64,000 bases of DNA, taken from the NCBI GenBank assembly GCA_963816145.1, contig CAWFJP010000029.1, positions 32,001 through 96,000 of the forward strand, read 5' to 3'. The notes beneath the pieces were generated by a model. The model was not told where the DNA came from and did not search any database. It saw only the letters and a program-made list of their open reading frames with translations. The position numbers and the translations under genes were made by a program. The stretch is from an uncultured delta proteobacterium. GTDB lineage: Bacteria; Desulfobacterota; Binatia; UBA9968. Below, piece by piece: positions 20,101 to 29,603 of the stretch (within the stretch, counting starts at the first letter, position 1; each line of letters begins with the position of its first letter).

Positions 20101-21152
20101 GGTGCAGCCGCCTTTCTCTTGGATAGACTGTTGTCCATCGAAGCGAAATGAATCCTGCGAATGATGCCGGCTTGACCGACAATGACCGCAGCGTCAGCAC
20201 CACCCGAAACGCCGCTCAGCCAAGTTGGATTATTGGAGGGATCGAGATTGCGCCATTCTAAGCCGCCATTATTTGTTTGTAGCGCTATGCCTTGTCCGAC
20301 GATCAGTCCGCGTTGGCCGTCGATCCAAACTGCGTACAAATCTTTTTTAGTCCCGGCGTCGATCTCATGCCAGGTTTGTCCTCCATCGTTTGTCTTCAAG
20401 ACCGTTCCGCCCGTGCCTATGGCCCAACCGGTGAGCCGGTCACGAAATCTAACCGACGTGATCTGAGGGGAGCCGGCCCCAAACCGTCTCGCGTTCCATG
20501 AACTGCCGCCGTCCTTAGTATGAAGCAGCAGGCCAAACTCGCCGCCCAACCAGCCTTCTTTATCATCGAGGAAATAGACGGTATTGAGGTTTGGTTCCAG
20601 TTGGCCGCTCTCGTGGATCAGCCGCGGTACGAGCCGATTCCAGGTTAGGCTGTGCCTTGTCCAGTGCACTCCACCGTCATTAGTCGAGAGCAGCGTGCCA
20701 AAAGATCCGGCGATAAATGCGCGGTTGGCGCTTGGGGCGTTCACTTCAAGAAGATGAGTTTTTGTTGTTGAGTCTCCTACTTGCCAGGTTCGACCGCCGT
20801 CGGCTGTCGTTAAGATGATGCCGCCGCCGCCGACGGCAAAGCCGTGAAGCTCGTCGGCAAACGAAACCGACGTCAATGGTTTGCGGGTTCCGCTAATTTG
20901 CGCGTTCCAGTTTTTGCCACTATTGGAAGTATGGAGAATCTTGCCAAATTTTCCGACCACCCAGCCCGCGCCGTGCTGAGTAAGATGAATCGAATAAAGC
21001 TCGTCGTGGGGCGTGAAATGCCGTTCTCGAAGAACGCTCGTCGAAGTGTTCTTGTTCGAAGGAGCTGATGCCCGAGTTGTGAGGTGTCCGAAGATGGTCG
21101 CTATGGCAAAGATACCAAGTGTCACTAATCGTGGGTGGCGTAGCCTGGTCAT
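20097..21152 (-). CDS. YCF48-like BNR-repeat beta-propeller protein
   Basis: Repeated G..G.IL.T.DGG.TW units and an N-terminal signal/TM segment. Confidence 0.9.
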   Translation of the reverse strand: MTRLRHPRLVTLGIFAIATIFGHLTTRASAPSNKNTSTSVLRERHFTPHDELYSIHLTQHGAGWVVGKFGKILHTSNSGKNWNAQISGTRKPLTSVSFADELHGFAVGGGGIILTTADGGRTWQVGDSTTKTHLLEVNAPSANRAFIAGSFGTLLSTNDGGVHWTRHSLTWNRLVPRLIHESGQLEPNLNTVYFLDDKEGWLGGEFGLLLHTKDGGSSWNARRFGAGSPQITSVRFRDRLTGWAIGTGGTVLKTNDGGQTWHEIDAGTKKDLYAVWIDGQRGLIVGQGIALQTNNGGLEWRNLDPSNNPTWLSGVSGGADAAVIVGQAGIIRRIHFASMDNSLSKRKAAAP

Positions 21153-21199
21153 TTGGCAATGAAAATTCAACTTAGATCCGCGACTGGCGCGGAATATAA

Positions 21200-21832
21200 T
21201 TAATCCAGGGTAAACCCCCGGCTTTGCCGGGGGACTCACAAAGTTTGACTTTTCGGGCAATCGAGAAAAAGCCTCCAAATCGTGAACCGCTCAAGGCTCA
21301 ACGAAGAGGAGGCTAGAGTGAACAACAGCACAGAAAATCTAAAGCACACCCGATGGGAATGCAAGTATCATGTGGTGTTCATCCCGAAGTATCGACGTAA
21401 GGTGATGTATGGGTCGATACGGCAAGAACTAGGGTCGATCATACGGGAATTGGCGCAACAGAAGGAGAGCCACGTGGAGGAGGGGCATCTTATGGCAGAT
21501 CATGTTCATATCATGCTGTCGGTGCCGCCGAAGTACTCGGTGTCCGGGGTGGTGGGATACATCAAGGGGAAGAGTGCGATAGCGATCGCCCGAAAGTTTA
21601 TGGATCGCAAGAAAAACTTTGTGGGGCTGAACTTTTGGGCGAGGGGATACTATGTGTCGACGGTAGGGAGAGACGAAGCGCAGGTACGTGCTTATATCAG
21701 GGAACAGGAGAAAGAAGACCGTCGGCTCGATCAACTAAAGATGTTCAAGTAACACGCATGCCGGCGTAGCCGGCCAGACCGCTTTGAGCGGTTCACAATT
21801 CAAGCCTCCGGCTTTGCCGGAGGTACATGACT
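21200..21832 (+). mobile_element. tnpA: IS200/IS605-family element (TnpA only) with subterminal hairpins
   Basis: Y1 HUH transposase 21282(21318)..21752 (YHVVFIPKYRR, DHVHIM, KGKS, FWARGYY, YIREQ). Hairpins CCCCCGGCTTTGCCGGGGG (~21215) and CCTCCGGCTTTGCCGGAGG (~21805). Confidence 0.95.
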
Positions 21833-21944
21833 TAAATCGTTGGTCAGCCGATCGGTGGCCGTGTTTCACCGCCTGAGGTTCATAGTGTTTCTTGCGTCAC
21901 GACGTCAACATTAAGTCGTCGGTTATTTGCCGGAATCCTGGGTT

Positions 21945-23021
21945 TCACCGCAGCGCCGGTACGACCTGTTTGGTGAGCAAGTTGATAGCCTCGTCATAAT
22001 CCGGGCCGAGCTTGGCGAAGGCGACGTGGTCGTAGCCCAGTTGGCCGGCGGCGCCGGCCAACTCGATGATTTGATCTCTGACTTCTTCCGGTTTTCCCGC
22101 GGCGTAGTAGCAGCGCACCATATGATCGCTCACCAGTGCGGCGGCTTGTTCGATGGTGGCGCCGGACTCGAAGGCTTGTTTGAGCTTCAACACCTGCTCG
22201 CGGGCGACGCCCATCTTGGCGTACTCGTCCGGCGTGAAGCCCAAAGCTTCCCATTGCAGGATCGAGTGGGCGACCTGGCGCCGGGGAAAATCCAGGGCGC
22301 GCTCGCGATCAGCCGAAATCGACACGTTCAACTCGCAGACTTTGCGTAAACGCTTGCCGGGATCGACAGCTTTCGCTGCGGCGTCGGCGGTGGCGAGCAT
22401 GCCTTCGAGCCGCCCGGCTTTGAGCATGGGAATATAGGTTCCCGAGCTGATCAAGCCGTCCATGATGCGGCCGCACATGCGCAGCGACTGCGGCCCGTTG
22501 CCGCCGCCGTAGAATTTGAATTGCGTTTTGGGCTTGAAGGCGAGCGAGAATTTGCCTTTGGGGTTGAGGCGGTAGAATTCCGTTAAAAAAGGAAAGTCGG
22601 AATACGGGAATTTTTCGCCGGCGAGCGCGCGGCGCAGTAGCCCGGTGGTTTCGCTGACCATGGCGATGGGTTTCAGCGCTTGGACATGCTGCGGCGACTG
22701 GCCGAGGTCGCCGCGGGCGATGCCGATGCTGATCTCGCGCCCTTCACAGAGTTCGGAGACGGCGGCGAAGGCGTCCGCCATGTCTAACGGATTGTGAAAA
22801 TAGGGCACCATGATCGCTGTGCCGAGACGAATCGGCACCTGAGCCGCGATGGCGCTCAGCACCACCATCTGGTTGCGGTAGCGAATGTTGTCGTTGAGCC
22901 AGATCTGGGTGAATCCGCTATCGGCGCCGAGCTGCGCCAACCGTATGAGGTCACGCAGGGCATAGTGATTGGCCAGATGGGTGACGAATTGCAGGCCGAG
23001 TTCGCCGGTGAAGATCGCCAT
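21945..23021 (-). CDS. LLM-class flavin/F420-dependent oxidoreductase (Mer-like)
   Basis: GFTQIWLND, IRLGTAI..PY..NP, GREISIGIARG, GPQSLRMCGRIMDG. Confidence 0.8.
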   Translation of the reverse strand: MAIFTGELGLQFVTHLANHYALRDLIRLAQLGADSGFTQIWLNDNIRYRNQMVVLSAIAAQVPIRLGTAIMVPYFHNPLDMADAFAAVSELCEGREISIGIARGDLGQSPQHVQALKPIAMVSETTGLLRRALAGEKFPYSDFPFLTEFYRLNPKGKFSLAFKPKTQFKFYGGGNGPQSLRMCGRIMDGLISSGTYIPMLKAGRLEGMLATADAAAKAVDPGKRLRKVCELNVSISADRERALDFPRRQVAHSILQWEALGFTPDEYAKMGVAREQVLKLKQAFESGATIEQAAALVSDHMVRCYYAAGKPEEVRDQIIELAGAAGQLGYDHVAFAKLGPDYDEAINLLTKQVVPALR

Positions 23022-23078
23022 AATTATGTGTTCATGGTTGCTGCGAATTGGCGGCAGGGAGATGGAAAATCAATTACT

Positions 23079-23358
23079 CACCACGAAGACGCGAAGGACA
23101 CGAAGGTTTAGAAGTAATATTTCCGAACCCTTCGTGCTCTTCGTGCCTCCTTAGAAAATGCATTTGCAGGTACGATCTCGGCGACGAATTGGCATGAGGC
23201 TTCCGTCATACCGGCGAAAGCCGGTATCCATCCCCTCCCGCCCCTGGATGCCGGCCTGCGCCGGCATGACGAATCAAAAAAAAATCATGGGGTGGTGGGA
23301 TGGTTGCAATTTCATATTCTGTAGACGAGCGTAAGCTCATGGACACTTCGTGGTGAAG
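23079..23358. repeat. Nested REP-like cluster: CACGAAG-family palindrome interrupted by a ~195-bp insert holding a GTCAT.CCGGC palindrome
   Basis: The right arm CTTCGTGCTCTTCGTGCC resumes as CTTCGTGGTG at ~23346. The inner GTCATACCGGCG...GCCGGCATGAC lies at 23205-23270. Confidence 0.75.
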
Positions 23359-23375
23359 ATTGTCTGTTGTACAGT

Positions 23376-24317
23376 TTAAATTTCGGTTACGTTTCGCACC
23401 TTTAGTTTCTTGCGCTTGGCCTGATCCAGAACGAATTTGCCAACCACCAGATCTTCGTCGGCGATACCGTTGGATTGAAAAAAGATGCGCTTGGGGCGTG
23501 GTTCGGGCATGCCGCCAGCGACGAATTTCTCCAACGGCATGATGTCCTCCCAACGGGCGATGCGGCTTTGGCAGGCTTCGACCAGGTCGCCGCTGTCGGC
23601 TTTGGCGGCGCCGATGTCGTCGGTGACGATCAGATCCATGCGCCGGATCAGGTTGTTCGAAACTTCATGTTTCACCGTGGAGTTGGCGCCAATGGACGCG
23701 ACCAGCACTTCAGACTTGAGATTGTTGCCGGTGGCTACCGGCGTGGCCGAATCCGTCGACACCACCAGGATGTCAGAGAGTCCTTCGCACTCGTCGATGC
23801 TGTCGACTTCCTTCCAGTCGACATTGACGACTTTGCTCATCTGTTTGACGAAATCCTTGCGCCGTTTGGGCGTGCGGCCCCAGACGACCACTTGTTCGAT
23901 ATCGCAGGTTTCAAGAATCGCTTCGACCTGGAACGTTGCCTGCCAGCCGGGGCCGATGACGCCCAGGACTTTACTATTGGCTGGAGCGAGGTATTTGGCG
24001 GCGACCCCAGTGGCGGCGCCGGTGCGCAGGCTGCTCAGGTAGGCCATGTTGACGATGCCTTGGATGCCGCCCTTGCCGCCGTGAAAAAGCGTGACGATAT
24101 TGGCGCCGGCGGCGTAGGAGCGCAGGCAGATCAGATCGGAGTCCTGGTGCCAGGCGGCCATCATATTGAGCTGCTTTGAGCTGCCCTTGAGACGGCGGCG
24201 CGGCACGTTGCGCATCTTGCCGGCGGCGCGGTCACGGAACATTTTGTCGACCAAGTTGACGGCTTGAGACATGGTGATGAGCTTGCGAGTTTGCGGTTCG
24301 CTGATGATGAGTGCCAT
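23376..24317 (-). CDS. Ornithine cyclodeaminase/mu-crystallin family protein
   Basis: LRTGAATGVAAKYLA, GVIGPGWQA, SIGAN, F.SNGIADED. Confidence 0.9.
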   Translation of the reverse strand: MALIISEPQTRKLITMSQAVNLVDKMFRDRAAGKMRNVPRRRLKGSSKQLNMMAAWHQDSDLICLRSYAAGANIVTLFHGGKGGIQGIVNMAYLSSLRTGAATGVAAKYLAPANSKVLGVIGPGWQATFQVEAILETCDIEQVVVWGRTPKRRKDFVKQMSKVVNVDWKEVDSIDECEGLSDILVVSTDSATPVATGNNLKSEVLVASIGANSTVKHEVSNNLIRRMDLIVTDDIGAAKADSGDLVEACQSRIARWEDIMPLEKFVAGGMPEPRPKRIFFQSNGIADEDLVVGKFVLDQAKRKKLKVRNVTEI

Positions 24318-24510
24318 AGCTAGAAAATCCTCCCAGCGTTGTATAGCCCAGGAAAAGTGACGGGGCAAGGTGCAATTTTGCTGCCGCCAATGTCTAAACG
24401 AGAAAAAGCCTTGACCGTACCGGCGGATCGCCGCAGAATGAATTTAAATTGGCACCGCACCGGGTGCGTCGCAATAATCTGCCGATTCAAGTCGAGAGTG
24501 AGCATGTGAG

Positions 24511-25275
24511 ATGGCACAATCTACGATCCAAACCCGGCTTTGCCCTCATTGCGCCAACAGCATAGCGCTGGACACGTTGACCTGCCCTTACTGCAAGGAA
24601 AGCCTCAACGCTGCCGCTGCCTTGCCGCAGTGGCCCAGCCCGGATGACGACGCGCCGGCGGTTCAAGTCGAATCCAAGCGCGAAGGTATGCCGCTGGGCT
24701 CAAAGATTATTTTGGTCTTAGGTCTCTTCATGTTCGCACTTGGCGTGTACCTCGTCGGCGGACAAAACGAGCGCAGTGATCTCGCGCCGCAACTCGATGC
24801 CAAGGATAAAGAGCTGCAAGATCGGCAAGACAAGATCAAATCCCTCGAAGATCAGCTGGCGCAGGCGCGGGAGGAGTTGAAAGGCAGCGCCGCGCAGCTT
24901 GAAGCGCTTAAGGCTAAGTTTGCCGTCCAGGAAAAAAGTTTAGCGGCGGCACAGAAGCAGGGTAAAGACATCAATCGCCAAGTGGGCAGATTGGCGAGCC
25001 GTCCTGCGGACGCGCCATTGCCGCCGGTGCGTCCGCGTGAGCCCGCTCCGGCGCCGCGCCGCGCATTCGAACCGGGTTTGTATCAAACCGTGCGCTCCAC
25101 CGCGCTGCACGAGGAACCGATTGCTGGCTCGCGGGTGCTGACGCGGATCGGCGGCGGCACGCAAATCACCGTGGTGCGCGGCGTCGGTGAGTGGCTCGAA
25201 GTGCGCTCGAAACATGGCAACCCGCCCGGCTTTGTTCGCGCCGATGATGCTAAGTTCGTCGGCAGAGCCAATTAG
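24511..25275 (+). CDS. Zinc-ribbon + TM + coiled-coil + SH3b protein
   Basis: CPHC..CPYC, a single TM, a heptad region, a Pro-rich linker and WLEVRS...GFV. Confidence 0.75.
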   Translation: MAQSTIQTRLCPHCANSIALDTLTCPYCKESLNAAAALPQWPSPDDDAPAVQVESKREGMPLGSKIILVLGLFMFALGVYLVGGQNERSDLAPQLDAKDKELQDRQDKIKSLEDQLAQAREELKGSAAQLEALKAKFAVQEKSLAAAQKQGKDINRQVGRLASRPADAPLPPVRPREPAPAPRRAFEPGLYQTVRSTALHEEPIAGSRVLTRIGGGTQITVVRGVGEWLEVRSKHGNPPGFVRADDAKFVGRAN

Positions 25276-25895
25276 CTCACCGCGGCGATTTCAACGCCGC
25301 AATCATCGCACTGCGGCTGCTCACAAATGTTTTTTGTATATTTCGGTTCGTGTCAACACTGATATCGGCTCTAGCGGCGCTCGAGAATCCGGGCCGCTCA
25401 GGAATTATTGCTGTGAAAGAGCCTGTTCTCGCGGAGCACTTCGTTTCCCTTGGCGCTCGTCACCCTAGTGGTTCACGATAGGTTACAGATTTTCGCCATG
25501 GCAAAGCCCAACACCATGATTCAGTGTTTGTGTCCGACCATCGGCGCGGTCGGCCGGTGAGCATATATGCGCTTGATCATGGGCTCCTGCCGGCGGTGTC
25601 GATGTTGGCAGGGAACAGGGATCCCTGGCGGGGTGGCGACGTTGATCTTGATGGGCGCGATCGTCATCGTGCTTGCTGTACTTATCGTTAACTCCGCCTC
25701 TTGAGGCGGGCACAACTAAATGGGGTTTCGAAAGGGGGGGCGAGCATCCCCTTTGCAATATTGAAATTGGCGGCGGGGTTAAATCCCCGCCCGCGAACGG
25801 GTTCGTTTAATGATCGCTTGTCGCGCGCCGGTAGTGCGCGAGTTGAGTCTGTCGTCCAAGAGTTGGCTTATTGACTTAGCCGGGGCGCGATTCCT

Positions 25896-27134
25896 ATGAT
25901 GCCTTGGTATTTTGGAGGCGTTATGAATCTAGTCGCGCCGGTGACAGTTCTTGCAGTTGTCTTCACATTTGCGTCAAGCGCCGCGGCCCAGGGTTTTCGC
26001 GGTTTCGCAACAGGTGGTGGAAGCTCGTCAGGTTCAGGACAGTCCGGCACGACCGGCAGTCCGAGCCGTAGCGGCACGAGTGGTTCCGGGACCATTACGA
26101 CCGCGCCGGGACCAAGCGTCCTACCGGGACCAGGCGTGCCCATTCAGAGCACGCCACGGGCCGCCGTGCCACAGGTTACTGTGCCACGATTCGTTCCCCC
26201 GGTCGTTCACGGTGGCGTACCCCTCGCTCCGCACGGCATGCCTGGTTTGGGGACCATCACGACCGCGCCGCCACCAGCCGGCGCGCCGGCGACGAAAGGG
26301 CAGATTCCTCGTGCTTCACCCGGCGGGACGCCGCGCGTCGCTCCCCGAATGCCATCTGGTGGCGGTTTTGCCATCACTCCGCTGGTCCCACTGCACCATC
26401 CGCCAGGCGGGGGTATCGATAGCGGGCGACCACCGCATCGGCCATCCCACCCGCTACGACCGCCCTTTAATCGATTTTTTCGCCATCCGGGCATCATAGT
26501 TTTCGGCAGCCCTTTTTACCCTTACGCACCTTACTACTACCCGTACACTGTGGTTACTGAAATGGCGCCGGGAGTGCTGCGCGAAGAGCGCCGTTATGCC
26601 GACGAACCGCCCGCCGGATCGCCTACCCCGAGCAGTGATCAGCTAGGGCCGTTCGAGCCGATGCCGCAGGAAGTAGTCGATCGCATGTTGTGGCTCGCGA
26701 ATGTGAAAGCGGGAGACCTCCTCTACGATCTTGGCGCGGGCGACGGCCGTGTGGCGATCGCTGCGGCAAAGAAATACGGTATCAAGGCGGTGGGCTTTGA
26801 GATCGATCCAAGTCTGGTCAAGCTGGCGCGTGAGAATGTGCGCAGGCAGGGTGTCGAGCACCTGGTGGAGATTCGCCAAGAGGATATTTTGGCGGTGGAT
26901 ATGTCTTTGCCATCGGTGGTGACGTTGTATCTCTCTTACGACGGTAATCTAGCCGTTAGACCGAACCTGATGAGCCGCCTCAGGCCGGGTGCGCGCGTGG
27001 TTTCGTACGGGTATGACATGGCGGAGTGGCAGGCGAAGGTGTCGGAAAGCTACCGCGATAATTCCGGCAATAGTCACATGATTTATCTGTGGGAGATCGG
27101 CGGCCCGCTGGTTTTCGGCGCCGTGCGGCCGTAG
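25896..27134 (+). CDS. Class I SAM-dependent methyltransferase with signal peptide and Gly/Ser/Pro-rich N-terminus
   Basis: PFEPMPQEVVDRML, YDLGAGDGR, GFEID, VVTLYL, LRPGARVVS. Confidence 0.85.
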   Translation: MMPWYFGGVMNLVAPVTVLAVVFTFASSAAAQGFRGFATGGGSSSGSGQSGTTGSPSRSGTSGSGTITTAPGPSVLPGPGVPIQSTPRAAVPQVTVPRFVPPVVHGGVPLAPHGMPGLGTITTAPPPAGAPATKGQIPRASPGGTPRVAPRMPSGGGFAITPLVPLHHPPGGGIDSGRPPHRPSHPLRPPFNRFFRHPGIIVFGSPFYPYAPYYYPYTVVTEMAPGVLREERRYADEPPAGSPTPSSDQLGPFEPMPQEVVDRMLWLANVKAGDLLYDLGAGDGRVAIAAAKKYGIKAVGFEIDPSLVKLARENVRRQGVEHLVEIRQEDILAVDMSLPSVVTLYLSYDGNLAVRPNLMSRLRPGARVVSYGYDMAEWQAKVSESYRDNSGNSHMIYLWEIGGPLVFGAVRP

Positions 27135-27293
27135 GCGCGGCAAACGAAAAAATCCCGACCGTGCACTGGAGCCTACTTAGGCGCAATGGCACTGATCATC
27201 GAACACCCACCTACCCTGAAGTAACAAGAATTCTCAAATATCTTCGCTGCCGCAAGCCGAGTCGGTGCGGTAACGGAGATTTTTGATTCTTTA

Positions 27294-28238
27294 CTAGGCG
27301 TAGAGTTTATCAATAAACCCGGTGTCGTCGATCTTGCGCAGATAGTGTAAATCCCAGGGCTCCATTGGTCCGATGTGATGCATCTTGGGATCTTTGCCGA
27401 CGTCGAGGTCGTAGACATTTTGGATTGCCGCGGGCAGCGGGTAGGGTTTCTTGTTCAACAGCTTGGCCCACTCGCGCTGCAGGTGCTCGTAGTATTCGTC
27501 CTCCTGCAGGCCGTAGCGCGCCGCGAGGTTTCTTTTCAGGATCGACACGACCTCTTGCGGCTTGGTCTTGAAAAAGTGCAAGGCTTCGATGAAGCCTTTA
27601 AGAAATGCGTCGACGGTTTCCGGGTTTTCCTTGATGTAATCGCTGGTCGCGAGCAGAGTGGTGTTGTGAATCACTGGACGGTCGGGCAGGGCGAGAATGT
27701 GCAAGCCCTTTTTGATCCCGTAGAGGTCGAAAGGCATATCGACCAGTGCGCCGACCGCTTTACCCGAGGTGATCTCGTCGACGAATTCTAAGAACTTGCC
27801 GGACGTGTCGTCGATCACGTCCATGTTGATTTCTTCCGGTTTCAGACCGCAATCTTGCAAGACTGCGCGCAGATTGCCCGATACGCAGGGGGCTTTGGAA
27901 TGGCAAACGATCTTTTTGCCCTTGAGGTCTTCGACGGTTTTGATTTCCGGCCGGACTACGAGGCGGTCGTCCCAGTTGTTCTGTGCCTGGGCGAGGTAGG
28001 TCAGGCGCTTTTCGCCCTTGGCTCGCTCCCGATAGGTTTCATGATGGAGTCCACTCAAAAAATCGATCTCGCCAGCGAGGGCGAGCTTGGCGCGGTGCGC
28101 CATGGTCGGTGCTTTGGCGCCGCCGACAATATGCAGGTCGATCTCGAAGCCGTATTTTTCCATGACCTTAGATTCTTTGAACACATAGAGAAAGGGGAGG
28201 TGGGACGAGTCGCTGGCCAATAGGTCTAACGTGCGCAT
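27294..28238 (-). CDS. NMT1/SsuA-like ABC substrate-binding-fold protein (no obvious signal peptide)
   Basis: IKTVEDLKGK, FLKGFIEALHF, DDTGFIDKLY; AAGGAG RBS. Confidence 0.75.
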   Translation of the reverse strand: MRTLDLLASDSSHLPFLYVFKESKVMEKYGFEIDLHIVGGAKAPTMAHRAKLALAGEIDFLSGLHHETYRERAKGEKRLTYLAQAQNNWDDRLVVRPEIKTVEDLKGKKIVCHSKAPCVSGNLRAVLQDCGLKPEEINMDVIDDTSGKFLEFVDEITSGKAVGALVDMPFDLYGIKKGLHILALPDRPVIHNTTLLATSDYIKENPETVDAFLKGFIEALHFFKTKPQEVVSILKRNLAARYGLQEDEYYEHLQREWAKLLNKKPYPLPAAIQNVYDLDVGKDPKMHHIGPMEPWDLHYLRKIDDTGFIDKLYA

Positions 28239-28281
28239 GAATTTCTCCTTAACCGGCTTGATAATCAATCAATATTGGTTT

Positions 28282-28331
28282 CGTTCAAAACGTTCAAGCC
28301 GTTCAACCGCTTTGCTCCGTTCAAACCGTTG
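28282..28331. repeat. CGTTCAA-family 9-mer tandem repeat
   Basis: CGTTCAAAA CGTTCAAGC CGTTCAA ... CGTTCAAAC; same family as 40090-40192. Confidence 0.75.
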
Positions 28332-28533
28332 GAAGACTTCCTACGATTCGAAAGGATTTGTTGGCATTCAAAAATTTCGATTACCGGCATTCCACACCTT
28401 TGCTTCCATCACTATTCGCTGATCGTCGGTCGTTCTTGCTGGGCCAGAAACAAGACCAAGGGCATCAGGGCGTGCGCTTCTTGGTCGCCGCGGACGATCG
28501 ATGTCCGCTTCGCGACTCGCATCTTTTGTGAAC

Positions 28534-29487
28534 CTAGATGCCCATCTCCCGCTGCACGTCACGCAGCAGGGTCATGTCATGGGCGATGCTCACCGGGATG
28601 TAGGTCTTTTTAGTCTGCTGTTGGATGAAACCCCATTCGATACTGAGGTCCTCGTCGGTGAGCAGCCCGTTCTTGCTGAAACCTGGCTTCGCCAATTCGA
28701 GCGAACGTAACGCGTCCTTTTCATTGGCCCGTGTCCAATCCATGAGAATCTTGATGGTCTCTTTTGGGTTGTTCTGCAACAGCTGAAAACTCCGGAGCGT
28801 GACGCGAATCACACGTTTGATGAGGTCGGGGTCTTTCTTGATCATATCTTCATGGACACCGAGGCCGGCGATCGGATGGGCGACGATCTCGGCGGTATTA
28901 CCGAGCAGGCGATAGCCGCGGTTCTCCATCTGCACGTTGGTCGGCAGCGGCATCAAGCTTCCCTGGGCGATATTTTTCTCCATCGCCGCCACTCGAGCCG
29001 GCGTCGCGCCCATGGCGAGCAGTTGGTACTCGCCTTTCTTCAAACCGAAGTGCTGCAAGTGTTTCTCCGTCAGAATCGCTTGGGTGTTGCCGAATGAACT
29101 GACGGCGAAGACTTTGCCTTTTAGATCGGCCGCAGTGTTGATCTCCGGGCGCGTGACCAAGGAAAAGAATGGCCGTGAATTGAGCGCGGCCACCAGTTTC
29201 GTTCCCAACCCTTGCATGGCGCCGTTGAGAACCGGTGATATATTTAACGAGAAATCGACATGGCCGTTGGCGAGCGCGACGGTGGCGACGTTACCGTTCA
29301 TCTGGATCAATTGCGGCTCCAGCCCTTCGCTGCGAAAGAAACCCTTGTCGATAGCGACTTTGACCGGAAACCAGGTCATGCTGATGGCCGAGTAGGAGAG
29401 CGTGACTTTGCGCGCGTCGGCGCACGCGGCGGGATCGGCTTGCACTAAGGTCAATCCAAGCACTGCCAGTGTGAAAAATCGTTTCAT
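28534..29487 (-). CDS. NMT1/SsuA-like ABC substrate-binding protein
   Basis: Signal peptide, VAIDKGFFRSEGLE, ADLKGK. Confidence 0.85.
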   Translation of the reverse strand: MKRFFTLAVLGLTLVQADPAACADARKVTLSYSAISMTWFPVKVAIDKGFFRSEGLEPQLIQMNGNVATVALANGHVDFSLNISPVLNGAMQGLGTKLVAALNSRPFFSLVTRPEINTAADLKGKVFAVSSFGNTQAILTEKHLQHFGLKKGEYQLLAMGATPARVAAMEKNIAQGSLMPLPTNVQMENRGYRLLGNTAEIVAHPIAGLGVHEDMIKKDPDLIKRVIRVTLRSFQLLQNNPKETIKILMDWTRANEKDALRSLELAKPGFSKNGLLTDEDLSIEWGFIQQQTKKTYIPVSIAHDMTLLRDVQREMGI

Positions 29488-29523
29488 AGTTTTGTCTATG
29501 CGCGCGTATTGTCAGAATGTTTT

Positions 29524-29594
29524 CACCACGAAGATCACGAAGTTCGGAATTCTATTTGCCTGAAACCTTCGTGTCCTTCGTGTCTTCGTGGTGA
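29524..29594. repeat. CACGAAG-family REP-like palindrome
   Basis: CACCACGAAGATCACGAAG ... CTTCGTGTCCTTCGTGTCTTCGTGGTG. Confidence 0.85.
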
Positions 29595-29603
29595 GAACCG
29601 ACT

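Noticed and set aside
21200-21832. IS200/IS605 element as a TnpB/IscB RNA-guided system
   Set aside because: Only tnpA lies between the two hairpins, with no room for tnpB.
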